NCBI GenBank assembly: GCA_021613535.1
Contig: CP075493.1
Span: 12,524,001 to 12,588,000 of the forward strand
DNA from: Adineta vaga
Taxonomy: Eukaryota > Animalia > Rotifera
Direction of reading: 5' to 3'
DNA: 64,000 nt
Part shown: piece by piece, positions 13,543-26,608 of the stretch
How positions within the stretch are numbered: position 1 is the first letter of the stretch
Layout: the number at the start of each line of letters is the position of its first letter
Made by a program: the position numbers and the translations under genes
The notes under the pieces: generated by a model
Told to the model about the DNA's origin: nothing
Database searches by the model: none
What the model saw: only the letters and a program-made list of their open reading frames with translations

Positions 13543-15924
13543 ATGGCCGAGAGCAGTAAATCAACAACATATGAAAATACTGATCTTACGGAACGAATTC
13601 AGCCTCGAAATCATTTCTTCGATCGTGAAGAAATTAATCTTGAGTCCCATCAACTTGTCTGGTGTGATGTACAAGCAAAGGCAACATCTGACAAAGAGAC
13701 AATAGAGATGGCCGAAAAACTAAGAAAGATCGTCGATTATACTCAATTCTTCGATGATGTGAAAGAATGTGAGAGATATTTAAAAGATACGACCGATATG
13801 GTTACCTTTCTAATATGTTCTGATGAGTTTGGTAAAACGCTTAACATACATTATCATCAGCGGGAAATATATTCAATCTATGTCTTTTGCCAAAATGATA
13901 AAGAACATAGTCACTGGTCTAAGGAAGAGTCAATGGTAAGTTTTAAATGTTCAGTAACCTATGCATATTTATGTATGGAGAATGAAGACTTTAGACCGCT
14001 TTTTCAATTCTTTGCCGTTCCATAGGTTGGAATGATATATACAAATTATGAAGAATTGTTGAAACATCTAGAAACCGATGTTCAAACCTATCTGGGCAAA
14101 GAAAAACATGGACTTTTCAACGAGTTAGACAGATCCGAGATAACAGCACAGTTGAGCTTAGAGGCACATTGGCCAATAATCGTCGAAAGTTTGTGCTATT
14201 TATCATATCCGGATGATTGCCGTGCAAACTTAGTGGCCTCTCTTCGACACTATTATCAGAACAGAATCCAGACATTAGCCGCTCTTACAGAATTTGAACA
14301 AGAATACACATCGAGTGCAGCTATTCACTGGTATACACGCGACACAGTTCTGTTTCGTCTCCTGAATCGAGCTTTACGTCAGCAAAACACGCAATTATTG
14401 CTTCTCTTCGGTTTTTTCCTTCGAGATCTATTTTTTCAACTGACCGAAGAATATCACAAATTCAAAAGTTTTCATTCTATTACTCCAATAATTACCGTAT
14501 ATCGAGGTCAATTGATATCGTTGAAAGAGTTACGATCATTAAAGGAACCGAATGAAATTGGCGCTCTTGGGTTAATGATCACAAACAGCTTCTTTTCGTC
14601 AACTCTCAATCGGAACTCCGCTCTAATATTTCTTAACCAAACAGCGCGACCAGAAGATGAAGAGCAGAGTGTGCTCTTCGAAATTGAAATTGACTTTCGA
14701 AAAGAGTCATCACATCCTTTTGCGGACATCTCCCAACTGAGTCACTTTTCGAGTGAACAAGAAATTCTCTTCATGCCTGGAACATATTTCGGAGTCAGCA
14801 AAATCACTTACAGTACAGAAGAAGGGATTTATATCATTAAACTAAATCTATCCGCACAAATAAAGTCGAAATTTAACAATTTATGTCAGAGAAGACTCCT
14901 GAAAAAATGTTCCGATCGACTCGCTGATTATCTTTCAGATGAGACGAGTAACGAAATCGATGGCGGTTTCGACGCACTAACCTGTTTATTTCCTTCCGAA
15001 GAACAATGGTTATTGGCCGCTAAATACCAATGTTTAGGTCAAAGTTATCATTGGGATATACATTTACCTGATCTTCAAAAAGCCTTATCACACTATAGCC
15101 AGGCTCTTCAAATCTGGGAAAACTTTCTAACTGACAGAGACTTGAATTGTTCAGTTAACATCGGAGATATTCATGAATCACTTGGTGGGTTGTATCGTGA
15201 ACACTATCAAGATTATTGCCTCGCTAATAAGCACTATGATCTCAGCGTCAATTCCTGCAAAACTGCGCTCACAAATAAAGAACATGACTACGAAGAACGA
15301 AAATATTTGCTCAGAATGATAAGCCGAGTTTATGAGCAAAAAATGGAGATTTCTGGCGACGATGTCGAGCAGCGAAGACAGAATTGTTTGAAAGCGATCA
15401 AAGTGGGGCGGCTAGAATTTCAGGAAATGGTCAGAAACTCAGATTCATGCATGGTTACTGAAGCTGCAAGTTGTATTCATAGAGTAGGGACTCTCGAGGA
15501 ATCCATATGTATGCATGACGAAGCGTTAATTAGTTACAATGAGGCATTGCAAATCTATGATAGACAGTACCATACACCTCTCAGGGACACAATAGCAATT
15601 TATGATCGCATGGCAAAGATCTATCTCGAGCATAAGAAAGATGAAGATTTAGGACTCAAGTATGCATTAATGAAACATGAGAACGTATTGCAAACTCAGA
15701 AAGTAGACGCCAATGCCGGTGCAATGCTAACTGCTTTTGTAAAATCGATACTGGCTGAGAGTTATTTAGAACTGGCTGATGTTTATATTAAGCTATATCA
15801 AACTGAACAAGCTTGGACTAACCTAAGAATGGCAAAGCAACTTTATGCAGAAAGCAATTATCCATATATTGAAGAAGCAATCAAAAGGATCGAAGAAAAA
15901 CTAACGGCGATAGGAACAGTCTAA
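13543..15924 (+). CDS. ART (R-S-E mono-ADP-ribosyltransferase) + TPR protein with an N-terminal alpha/beta domain; 2 exons
   Basis: Intron 13936-14025 (GTAAG..TAG) joins the two ORFs in frame. WYTRD, VYRGQ, FFSST, EQEILF motifs; C-terminal TPR-like helices (ALSHYSQAL, ALISYNEAL). Confidence 0.85.
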
Positions 15925-16519
15925 CATTAGATTAACTCTTCAATAAATTTCATTTTTTACGACAATAATTCCTGAACTTTCAGATTTTATTTCAAAAGAG
16001 AATGTGGATTTAAGTGAGTTGGAATCTGGACGGTAGAATGTAGAGACATATGTAATACCAAGCCGTATCAATGCACATCCGTCTGAAGATCCTACATCTT
16101 TATAATGAAAAATCTCAACGATATTGTAAGAAATTACTATCGAAAAGGTGATAATTCTATATCTTTGGAAGTGAATTAAAGTACTATGAGAATCTTGTGT
16201 TGTTGTTTTTTCGCTCTATCAAACTCAGAAAGAACTGTTATCAGTCTGAGTGTTTGTCGGTTCTATTATTCATCATGAAAACACTTTTTCGTTGTCAATT
16301 ACGTCTTCAAAATCTTTCGTTTAGCCTGTTTATTGAAATAACGTTTGCATCTTACTAATAGCTACCTATACAAATAATATCAATGGACATGAATAAGAGT
16401 ATGCGAGAAGTTATATCAGAAAAGGAGTCTTATATATGTCACATATTAGCAATATGTGACAGCATTGCATCTGAACACATTCTGTGATGTTTATTTAGAA
16501 AGAAAAGAGTTAATTCCTA

Positions 16520-17423
16520 TCTACGAAAATGCATTGAACTGCTCGACACTACCAATAAGAACTCCATGAACACAAGCATTTTTCATTCAGGTTTTCATTC
16601 CAAATTCAGATGCAGACATAGAAGAGCCATCATATTGACTAAGAAATCCAATTAGATGAATTGAACCACCGAATACGAGTGCTTCAAATGATTGTTTTAA
16701 TGTTTTTTCACCGCCAACTTCAAGAATATGATTAACGCCTCTTCCATCAGTTAATTCTTTAGAATTTTTATCCGGTTCAGGAACTTCTGAATAATTAATT
16801 GTTAAAACATTCTTTTCACTAAGATGCTTTTTGATATTAGCAATTTTCTCATTTGATGATGAAATAATAATAACTTTGGTACCAGCTGCTAAGGCTAATT
16901 GTGCACCAAAGACACTGACATCACCAGTACCTTGAACACGAACAGTTTCACCGGTTTTTAAAAGCTTTATCAGAAATTACATACAGAGCATTCCGAGCTG
17001 GCAAAGCAGCACAAGGTAATGTTGCCACTTCTTCGTAAGAAAGCGAAGTTGGAATTTTTCACACAACTCAGGGCACGAAAGATACCATATTGACGAAGAC
17101 AACCGTCTAGTGCAGCTCCAAGACCAGAATGAAGTGCTTCTTCGGTAAGTTGTCCTCCAGTATGATCTCGACTAAAACTCGGTGAAACACCATCACCCAC
17201 AGCTGTAATTTCGTCTGCTCCATCAGATACTGATATGATGCCTTCTTTTATTGGTAATGGATATTAATCCTTTGCTAATGAGTAAATCTCGATAATTAAG
17301 TGAGCAAACATGAAATTTAATTTGAATTCTATTCGCACCTGTTTGAGGAGTTGACGACGATTTATGTAATTTAACTGAGTCAAATCCTGTGCCATTCGAT
17401 AATTTGTATTCTTGATTGGACAT
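16520..17423 (-). pseudogene. Zinc-binding/NADPH medium-chain dehydrogenase-reductase (MDR) pseudogene, microbial type
   Basis: SLNYRDLLISKG; GETVRVQGTGDVSVFGAQLALAAG; GRGVNHILEVGG. Broken by frameshifts and in-frame stops. Confidence 0.75.
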
Positions 17424-18402
17424 TTTTTCACTAGCAACAAATGACAAAAATTATGATTTTCCTTTACGTACGACACTCAATATTCGTTTTAGTAAACTAC
17501 ATGCATACTGTATGTCAATAATAGGTAAATATTCTTTTTCTCATACATGTAGTGCGTACCACGAGGTGACAAGAATAGTAATCCGTATATCTCAAGTACG
17601 TTACAGCTAAATTTAGAAATATAATTTCAAGGACAATTGTGAATATATGTATGTTTGTTTCATTAAGTATTTACATCTGCATCTACCCTGGTGAAAAACG
17701 GAACACATTGATAGTAAATAGATGAGAGTTGATTAGATTCAGATTTTGGAATTTTTTTCGTAAGAGCGAGATGGAGTTGGGATAAAATATGTTTCAGAAT
17801 ACTTTATTTTCCATCACTGAATGTCAAGAACCAATGTTTTATGAACATTGCTCACAGTGTATTGTTCGTATTTTTTAAAATTCAACGGAGAATCGTGATA
17901 TCGATTGCGAACTAACATAACAAGACGTGGTTGTGTAATTACACAGAAATGCTGTTGTATCACAATTCATTTCTGGTTTTACACATATAATTTCTTTCTT
18001 ATAACACGCGATACGACGTAATAGTATGACTCATGTGCTTTTTCCATGCGTATAAGAATGGAAGAGAACGATCGGATAAAACTAATTGTTTTATAATAAC
18101 GACTATATATAACATACAAAACGCTACAGACGGTGAGTATCAAGCGAAAAGAAAAGCGTGAGGATATAGTTTTCAACTTTTGCTGTTCTTTAATTCTGCT
18201 GTATTTCTTTCATAGCAGAGATTGAATAGTTTGAGGGTACTAGAAAAAGAGATAAATATTGCAGAAAGAATAAAGTGATTCATTTGAAATTATCAAAAAA
18301 CTAAAAATCAAATATTGTTTTAGCTTTTGTTCGTTGTTGAACAATTCGATTTCAATCTTTATTCTTTATTTAGAAAGTTCGAAAAACTATATTATTATTA
18401 AA

Positions 18403-18618
18403 ATGGGTGAAGTACAAGGCAAATCAGACGCTGTGCAACGTGATCAAGCAGCTCAGATTCGTCAATATGACGATAACAGTGGTAAGAAAGCACTCAGTTC
18501 TCAAGAGCGGAATACGGTTAATGCCGTTATACACAGTCCGGACCTGAAACATTCACCAAAATTCGACAAACCATTAAGCAATTTGGCTAAGAAGCATCCC
18601 GGTGCATTTCCAAAGTGA
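18403..18618 (+). CDS. Small hydrophilic protein (71 aa), unknown function
   Basis: AAAATGG start after an intron-acceptor-like TTTAG; coding-like composition within AT-rich flanks. Confidence 0.55.
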   Translation: MGEVQGKSDAVQRDQAAQIRQYDDNSGKKALSSQERNTVNAVIHSPDLKHSPKFDKPLSNLAKKHPGAFPK

Positions 18619-19044
18619 AAAAAAATTCAATCAATCAAACTAACCTGAGAAGGACAAATGGATATATTGAAAACTAATCTTCTATGAATAATACTGAATA
18701 GCTTGTCATTTTATTTTTGTTTTCTAAACAAAGTAAAATATATAAATAAGTGTATATTTCATTGAATTATTGATTTCATATTGAGATTGTATACATACAT
18801 AGTCAATCATATAATCGTGGAACTTTGTAATAATATCTTATCTTATCAGTTCAAAGACTTTATATTTCAGTTAGAACTACCAATAGAATTATATATACTT
18901 TATGATATTTTCAAAACAAAAAGCATATTTACTTCTTTATTTTCTCTATATGAATAACTATAAGCATTTAGAGATACGAATGTTCTCAATCGTTTATGAA
19001 AATAGGATCGTTTCAAATAGAAATAAAATACAATTGTGTCATTC

Positions 19045-21171
19045 TTAAGTCGACTTCCATTGTTGTCCTTCATATGCTATCCATTTACTCAAAGTTTTGA
19101 CAAATTTCCGAGCATATAAATGAGTCAGCCAATGTTCAGGTAGATTCTCATAACCATAGTAAGCACCTGCTAATTGTCCATAGATAGCTGCTGTTGATCC
19201 TGTTTCATCACCGAGATTAACAACAGCAAGTGCACCTCTTTCAAAAGAATTATCATCACACCAAAAAGCCCATAAAGCTGCTTCTAAAGCATTGACAATG
19301 TAGCCTTTACCTCGAATTCCACCTTCATATCCACCTTTACGTTGATATGATCCTCTTGAGACTTTTAATATCTCCGACGACAGTGGATATTTATAAAACC
19401 AACTTTTGTGTTTCAAATAAAAATCTTTATCAAGTAATTGTTCCTTAGTTTCACTGTGAAGAGCTGCAACGATAAGTGCACTATAGTAACGACATGCATC
19501 ATAAGCAATTCGATCACCATGCGTAATCTCACCACTAATTCCTGCGAATTCTATTGCTTCAATAGGATATTTCCAGAAAAAGAGTGGTACAGGAGCTAAA
19601 CGCACTAGAGCTCCATTATCAGCTGCAGTTTCATCACTACAAAACGTATCAAATTTCTCCAGAAGATTTAAATCTGAAAGATAATCTAATCGTTCGAGAG
19701 GTATATTATTTTTATCAGCAAATTGTTTCTGACGACGTTCAAATTCACGCAAAGATTGACTGGTCGCTGCATCAATATCATAACACTTTCCAGTCACTGC
19801 CATATAACCATTTCTGTACCACCATTTGTAACGAACTAATTGATCATAAGGAATAAAATCACGACGTCCTACCAATGAATTTGCCAGACAAAGTGCCATG
19901 GAAGTTTGACTAGTAAACTAAGTAGAATATACTATTATTTATCCATGACCTGAGAACATGAGAGAACTATGTACCTGTCCTTTTTCCAGATTCCATGTTC
20001 CTCCTGCTTGTAGATCAGTAACTGGATGTTCAAGTAAATATTCTCGTGTTCGATATTCAGCCGGAGTACCAAGAGCATCACCCAATGCTAATCCAATCAT
20101 TGAACCTTGAATACGTGTCAAAATTTTATCATCAATATCATCAGAAGGATCCTGTATTTCACATTCCAATTGATTACGTATCTTGTTCGATCGATGATCA
20201 ATAAATTGATTTTGATGATCAAGCCATACTTTGTCTAAAACAAATATATGATGCTTGTTTTCCAGAAATAAACCGAGACTAACCTGAATGAAATTGACAC
20301 ATGGGATGGCTTTGCTGTGATTCATTAACCACTGAAATAAATGATAGATATTCGATATGAACATTGCTATTTAACAAGTCATACCTAATCGACTTGATCG
20401 ATTTCGCAATAATTGTGATTGAATTTTCTGATCAATAGCTTGCACTTCTACTTCGACAATATCATCTGATACAGTATCATTCGGTGGAGCCATTAGTCGA
20501 TGTGGAGGAATTTCTTCTTCCAAATGAATCATATGTAATCCATCTGCAGGACTCCATTTACTCCTTACACGAAGATATGTACCAGGCATAAGGAGAATTT
20601 CATTTTCATTCTCATAAACCGAATGTTGACGAATATTTTTACCATTTAAACATTCGACCATAAAGATCGTTCGTACACCTGTTCGACCAATAAATTGTTC
20701 GAGTACATCCATTGTTTCCGTACACGAACTAAAACCCCACCAGATATAATCTTTTTTATAGTGTTCACTTACGTCGCCATGTACACCGCGCCAAACTGTT
20801 CTTTTTACCGATGGTAATTTGTATAAGGCAGTTAGAAAAAGCTTTAGATAGGAAAACCATGGCGTAAGTTGTTCACGAAGTTCTGCACGAAGTGTTCGAT
20901 TGAGCTGTACATAGAGACTTTCATATGGTTGAGACCATTGTAAAGTATAAAGACGAATAGCAGCTGATTCGTCAATTGTGAGAGTGTCTGTTGGAGTGAT
21001 TAAATCTCGTTTTGCTAACCATACGATTCTATCAAGATCATGTACCAATTCTTTTATTCTTGGAATAGCTTCTTCAAGTGATACTAATGGTTTCTTTTCA
21101 TAACCTTCGATTGGCATACGAGGACGAGTTGGTTCTTTGTCAGCATCGATAAAACGATCGATAATACTCAT
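19045..21171 (-). CDS. ART + ADP-ribosylglycohydrolase (ARH/DraG-like) fusion, 4 exons, ~655 aa
   Basis: Exons 21171-20385, 20331-20284, 20234-19975 and 19917-19045 splice in frame at canonical GT-AG sites. ART: AIRLYT, VWRG, FSSCT, ENEILL. ARH: GLALGDALG, NGALVRLAP, ITHGD, ALEAALWAF, TAAIYGQLAGAYYG. Confidence 0.9.
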
Positions 21172-21441
21172 TTCTTTTTTTGTAACTGATTTGTTTCGTT
21201 ACTATAGAAGTATGACAATGATAAGAAAAATAACAACTCTTACAATGTTGTATCACGTTTATGTGTCATGGTTCCTATGATTACATGCGTTTCTCGATGA
21301 AAGATAAGGAAGAAATAAAAGAAAATCTCGCATAAAAATATTTTCTTTTATTCGAAAGATTATATCTTAAAGAAGTAATACACAATACAAAGCATACAAC
21401 CGAATCATATTTGTCTTTTACATATATTCGTTGTTCGTTTT

Positions 21442-23497
21442 TCAAGGTGATTCGTTGATATAAACGAATCGTTGAATTGAGGGTGAATATTTTCGTCGTT
21501 TTACTCGCTGATTCCTTCTCCTGATTCTTTGTATTCTTTCTAATTGATCACTTGCTGAATCAATACCAAAACAGTATTTCAGTGTGTCCATCACAACAAA
21601 AAATAAGCAAACACATCCAACCATAAAATAGCATAGATAACCAAATGATTTTGTTGTGATTTCATGTGCAACTAAACTTCGTGAAGCAATTTCACAATGA
21701 TCACCAATCCATTCTGATTGACATACACATTCAAATGTGGTATTCGATGTTTCATTACAATGACCTAAACAAAGAAAAAACAATATTTTCTTCTTCTACT
21801 TCTAGAAATCATAGTGTGTGTGTGTGTCTATGAAAATACGATACCATTATTCCAACATGAATTTGACTGACATGGCCGATGATCATATTCACATGTTGAA
21901 CCATTGAAACCTTGTAAACATAAACAAGAATAAGTATTCATGATGGTATTGTTATCGACACAAGTGCCATTATTTTGACAAGGTTTCATCATTTGACAAG
22001 GTGTTGCTGAGATGTTACATGTGAGACCAATTGTATGTTGTCCACAAACTGGTACAGTCATGATTGATGAAGGTGGATGACCTGAGACAATAGAGAAAAT
22101 ATATATTAAAGAGAGGAGAAAGAGGTATTAGATAGGTGAACCTGTAGTTAATTGATTCGTTGATGATATCATAGTTGAACTATGCTGTGTTGTTTCTATA
22201 GAGAAGATAAAAGTGAGACACAATTTGAAGTGACAATGAAGAGAGAGATGGAATACCTGTTTGATAAAGTAGACTGGTTCCTTTTGATGATAGTGTTGAT
22301 TGTACGAGAAGCGATGTATGCTCGACTACATAGGTTAACTTACGGTATGGTAAAAAGCGATGAGAATTTACCTTTGATGACTGACGTGGAGAATGATTGT
22401 TGTGTTGCAGATTGATCTAAAGAAAAACATTTGACGATTTTCAAACTACTTCGTTTCTCAAAAGCTCTCTTATATTTACCACATAAGCGTGTTGATAACA
22501 GAAATTTTTGAATACGAAGGTTATCTGTATCTGTAACATATATATTCTCGATATTATCAAAAGCCATTCGCCGTGAATTCGATAGTTGATTAGATGCTGA
22601 ACTGCTTCCATTACATCCAATGATACAGTGAAAACCATTTTGACTTGATCGAACAATTCGATTATTATTGCTATCAACAATAAACAAATGACTATCAGCA
22701 TCTAGTACGATTGACCTCGGACCATCGAGTGTGATGGTAAAATTTACTGAATATTGTCCTGCTATAGTTATTCCATTTGATTGTTCTGGATGAAACAATT
22801 GGATGCGATCGTTCCCACAATCAGCTACGTATAAATCAAATTTAATGTCAACAAAAATTCCACAGGGAGCATTAAGACGAGTGGAGGAAGAGCCTGAATT
22901 AACATTTCCAGCGACAGTTGTGAATGATGCTCCGCCATTGCGCAACCATCTTTTCACGACTCTATGGGAATTAGAGACCGAACAGTATAGAGTATCATTA
23001 GTATCAACAAAGAGACCCAAACATGACGAAGCAACATTCATAGAAAGAAGGAAACTGACACTTGGATCTAAGGTCACTTTATCAACTTCGCCATTCGTTT
23101 TAGCAGTATCGACATAAATATCGCTGTTGTTCATTATAAAAATAGAATATGGATTCTGCAAGTTACTATGTGTGATAATTCTTGGAGAAGTATCAATATT
23201 AAACCAAATAAGAATTTGATTTTTGCTTTGATCAACGACGTAGACTGAATTGTTTGTGCTGACAAAATACCAAAAGGTTTATCAACTATCGAGCTGTTAC
23301 TAAAAGTAATTCCAACCGGATTCCAAGTAGAACACTATCACTAAATGTTGGTTGATTGTATGGAACAGCTAAACAAGACGTATATTTTTATATTAATACG
23401 ACTAATCATATACTTTAAAAAAGAATAAAAATCTACCTAAGATTTGCTCACTGATGGACAAAATGAACCATAAACGAATATTATTCTTGATTAACAT
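21442..23497 (-). pseudogene. Single-NHL + EGF + TM paralog of the 3118-8190 gene, probably frameshifted
   Basis: Signal exon from ATG 23497; NHL ORF 22340-23161; linker/EGF/TM exons and introns nearly identical to ~3200-4315. Two apparent frameshifts near 23265 and 23335. Confidence 0.7.
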
Positions 23498-23873
23498 CTT
23501 TTTGGTTGCGATGTGTAATCGTAGACAATAAGAAACAATCTAATAGTATTTTGTTCTTCTAAATATTTCTTTCTCTGATTTTCTTTTGTTTATTCAAATA
23601 AAACTCATTCGAAAAGGTCACGGACAAGAAAAGCAACACACCTGATTTTCTAAAATGTCAATACAAATTCTTCTATCAGAAACAAAGTCATGAATTGTTT
23701 TTATTCCGATCATTTATTTTACAACATTCCTGACAATTAAATTAACTTTATGAATTTTTATATTTATACAAAAGTTTCTTCCTTTCTTTATTTATTCTAA
23801 AACTAAAATTAATGATGACATCACATGTCTCTTCTATACCTCTGCACTGATATCCGCAAACTTATTTATCTTT

Positions 23874-25403
23874 TCAAAATGAATTCTTCGATTTGTCAAC
23901 TAATTGAATCGATTCATTTTCTGTAATACTACCAGATGTCATTTGTTGATTCAGTTCCGCAGAAGTCATTGGTGATGAATTCTTCACCAAATAATTCACT
24001 TGTTCAAGTGATAAACCTTTCGTTTCCCAAATACAAAAAAACGCAAAAATTAAACATCCTGTACAAGTTATACCCCAGATAAAAAATACATCTGTTCCTA
24101 AATTTCCTTTATCTTTATCGATCATGTAGGGTGTTACATAACTAAGTATAAAATTAAATAACCAATTTGAAGCACTTGATAATGACATACATTTCGCTCG
24201 AATTGTTATCGGATAAAGTTCTCCTGTGATAACCCATGCAGATGGGCCCCATGTTGATGCAAAAAATGCAATATAAATACAAATCAACGCAATCAACATT
24301 CTTTGTTTTGTACCATTCGATTGTCCAATTAAAGCAATACTAAATTCACAAATTAACATTCCAATTGCACCAATAATTAAAAGTTTTCGTCGTCCTAATC
24401 TATCGATAAATAAAATTCCAGGAATGGTCATTATAACATTGATAAGATTAATAATAATTGTTACTAAAAATGGTTGTGAAATTCCCGATGAATGAAAAAA
24501 TGATGTTCCATAATAAAAAATAAAATTTATTCCAGTTAATTGCTGCCATGCTTGAAGAAAAATACCAACTAATGTTCTCCAAAGATTTTTTTCTGGTCCG
24601 TCTTTAAAACAATCGATATATGTTCCATTTTGATGTGCTTTCATCAAGACTGTATCAGTAATAATTTCTTTCACAACATTTGTAACTTCAGGATCATCAA
24701 TAGTTTTTGAAAGTAATCGTGATTGCGACTTATATGCTTGGTCGATATGTCCTTTCAAGATTAAATATCGAGGAGATTCAGGTAATAGAAACATTCCAAT
24801 ACAAAGAATACCTGCCCAAATTAATTGAAGACCGATGGGTATTCGATATGCAACATAGGACATTTGATCTTTTGTTTGATTATTTATTATTGCAGCAATC
24901 AAGAGGCCGATTGTTATAAACCATTGATAAGCTGATACAATTGCACCACGAATCCATTTTGGTGCGCATTCACTTTGATAGATTGGAACAATACAAGAGA
25001 TAATTCCAACTCCAAGACCAGTAATAAATCGTCCAATGACAAATAATCGAATTTCTATTGCTACAGTTTGAAATATTACACCAAAGGAAAATATAAAATA
25101 TGCAAGAATTAATCCCCAACGACGGCCAAGATAATCACTTGAAGGATATCCAAGTAGTGCACCAACAAATGTACCGGCAGATAATATTGAAACAATTAAG
25201 CTTTTATCATTCGATGCGAGAACATATGTATTTGTACTATTCTCTTGTAAATGACCGTATGTTTGAATAAAATATGGCATATCAATAATTCCAGATATTA
25301 AACCTGTATCATAGCCATATAAAAAACCACCCAAAGCAGCGAATATAGATACCATTATTGCCATGTAATTCGAATGAAGTTTTTCTAATGTATTCTTCGA
25401 CAT
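23874..25403 (-). CDS. MFS sugar porter, fungal-type hexose transporter, intronless
   Basis: GGFLYGYDTG, DYLGRR, YQSECAPKWIRG, PESPR, QQLTGINFIFYYG, ETKGLSLE; about 12 TM segments. Confidence 0.92.
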   Translation of the reverse strand: MSKNTLEKLHSNYMAIMVSIFAALGGFLYGYDTGLISGIIDMPYFIQTYGHLQENSTNTYVLASNDKSLIVSILSAGTFVGALLGYPSSDYLGRRWGLILAYFIFSFGVIFQTVAIEIRLFVIGRFITGLGVGIISCIVPIYQSECAPKWIRGAIVSAYQWFITIGLLIAAIINNQTKDQMSYVAYRIPIGLQLIWAGILCIGMFLLPESPRYLILKGHIDQAYKSQSRLLSKTIDDPEVTNVVKEIITDTVLMKAHQNGTYIDCFKDGPEKNLWRTLVGIFLQAWQQLTGINFIFYYGTSFFHSSGISQPFLVTIIINLINVIMTIPGILFIDRLGRRKLLIIGAIGMLICEFSIALIGQSNGTKQRMLIALICIYIAFFASTWGPSAWVITGELYPITIRAKCMSLSSASNWLFNFILSYVTPYMIDKDKGNLGTDVFFIWGITCTGCLIFAFFCIWETKGLSLEQVNYLVKNSSPMTSAELNQQMTSGSITENESIQLVDKSKNSF

Positions 25404-26608
25404 TTTTCCTATGTATTTTTCAATTATTCATCGATAAGAAACATTTGTTAAGGGAAAAAATGAAATAACCATTTCAGTTAACACGTGCTCGTTTCTTCTC
25501 GTATATCTTACCATGCGTGACTATAGTTTTATGTTCGATTTTTGTTTTAGTATCGTACATATACAGAGTAATGGTGATGGTGACGATGATTCATTCTCAA
25601 TTCAACATATATGGTAACTATATATCCTTGATTAAAGAGTTTCAATGTTATTGTCAGTATTGAGCGCATATCAAAATAACATTTACATATCTTTTTTCGA
25701 ACTATTTCACTCCATGATAGATTCACAATTTCATTATCATGGAAGAGAAACACGATATATTAATTCCATTGATTTAAAATCTAATTTAATGTACAATTTA
25801 TCATAAAGATATACAAAAATAATAAATATTTTGTCAAATAAAAACATAAGAACACATAGAAAGAGATTGTAATAAAAAGAAGCGAGTTGATCCTCTCGTA
25901 AACTGTTCTGAATTAAAGGCAAACGACAAACAAATTCTCGAATGTATTTCGCTGTATTTAGAACGATATTCAAATTTATAATCGAGCACAGTTTTTACAT
26001 GACAAAAGTGAACTATCCTCTGTAATAGTAGTTAATCACGGCAAGATATCGTTTACTTTGACAATACCGTTGCGAGATTATATTTCACACGATTCTTTTT
26101 GTGGGTCTCAGTCTCCATGTATCTACACACAAAAATAGTGTTAAGAAATCGAACATAGAACAACTTCGTCATACAATGATATAAAGATTATTCTTCTATT
26201 GAAAATTATAAGAAAAATCTATATAAAACAAAATCGACCACAATGACGTACATAAATATTTCTTTGTTGTTTTATGTTATGGCCTAATTTCTCACAGAAT
26301 GACTGATGTCATCATCGATGCGTATGTAATTTCACAAGAAAAAAAGCTTTGAGCATGTTCTGTCGTTTGTATCGTCATGTTTCTTGTGTGATTGCGCAAT
26401 CGGCGTAAAAGTGGTATAAAAAGAGTGAATTAAAATGACTATACCATACTTCTTATTGTAAATTATTAGACTAAAATAAGCAAGCCATATAATAAGGTAA
26501 GTTTTGACTCGATGCTTTACTGTTGATTTGAGCTCTATACTTTTGATTTGTTTTTACTGGAATGCTCAATGATATTTTGTACTCATATTTAGACGATATA
26601 TAACGATT

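Noticed and set aside
16437-16461. Perfect 11-bp hairpin TGTCACATATT-AGC-AATATGTGACA
   Set aside because: Isolated, AT-rich, with no TSD or other supporting context.
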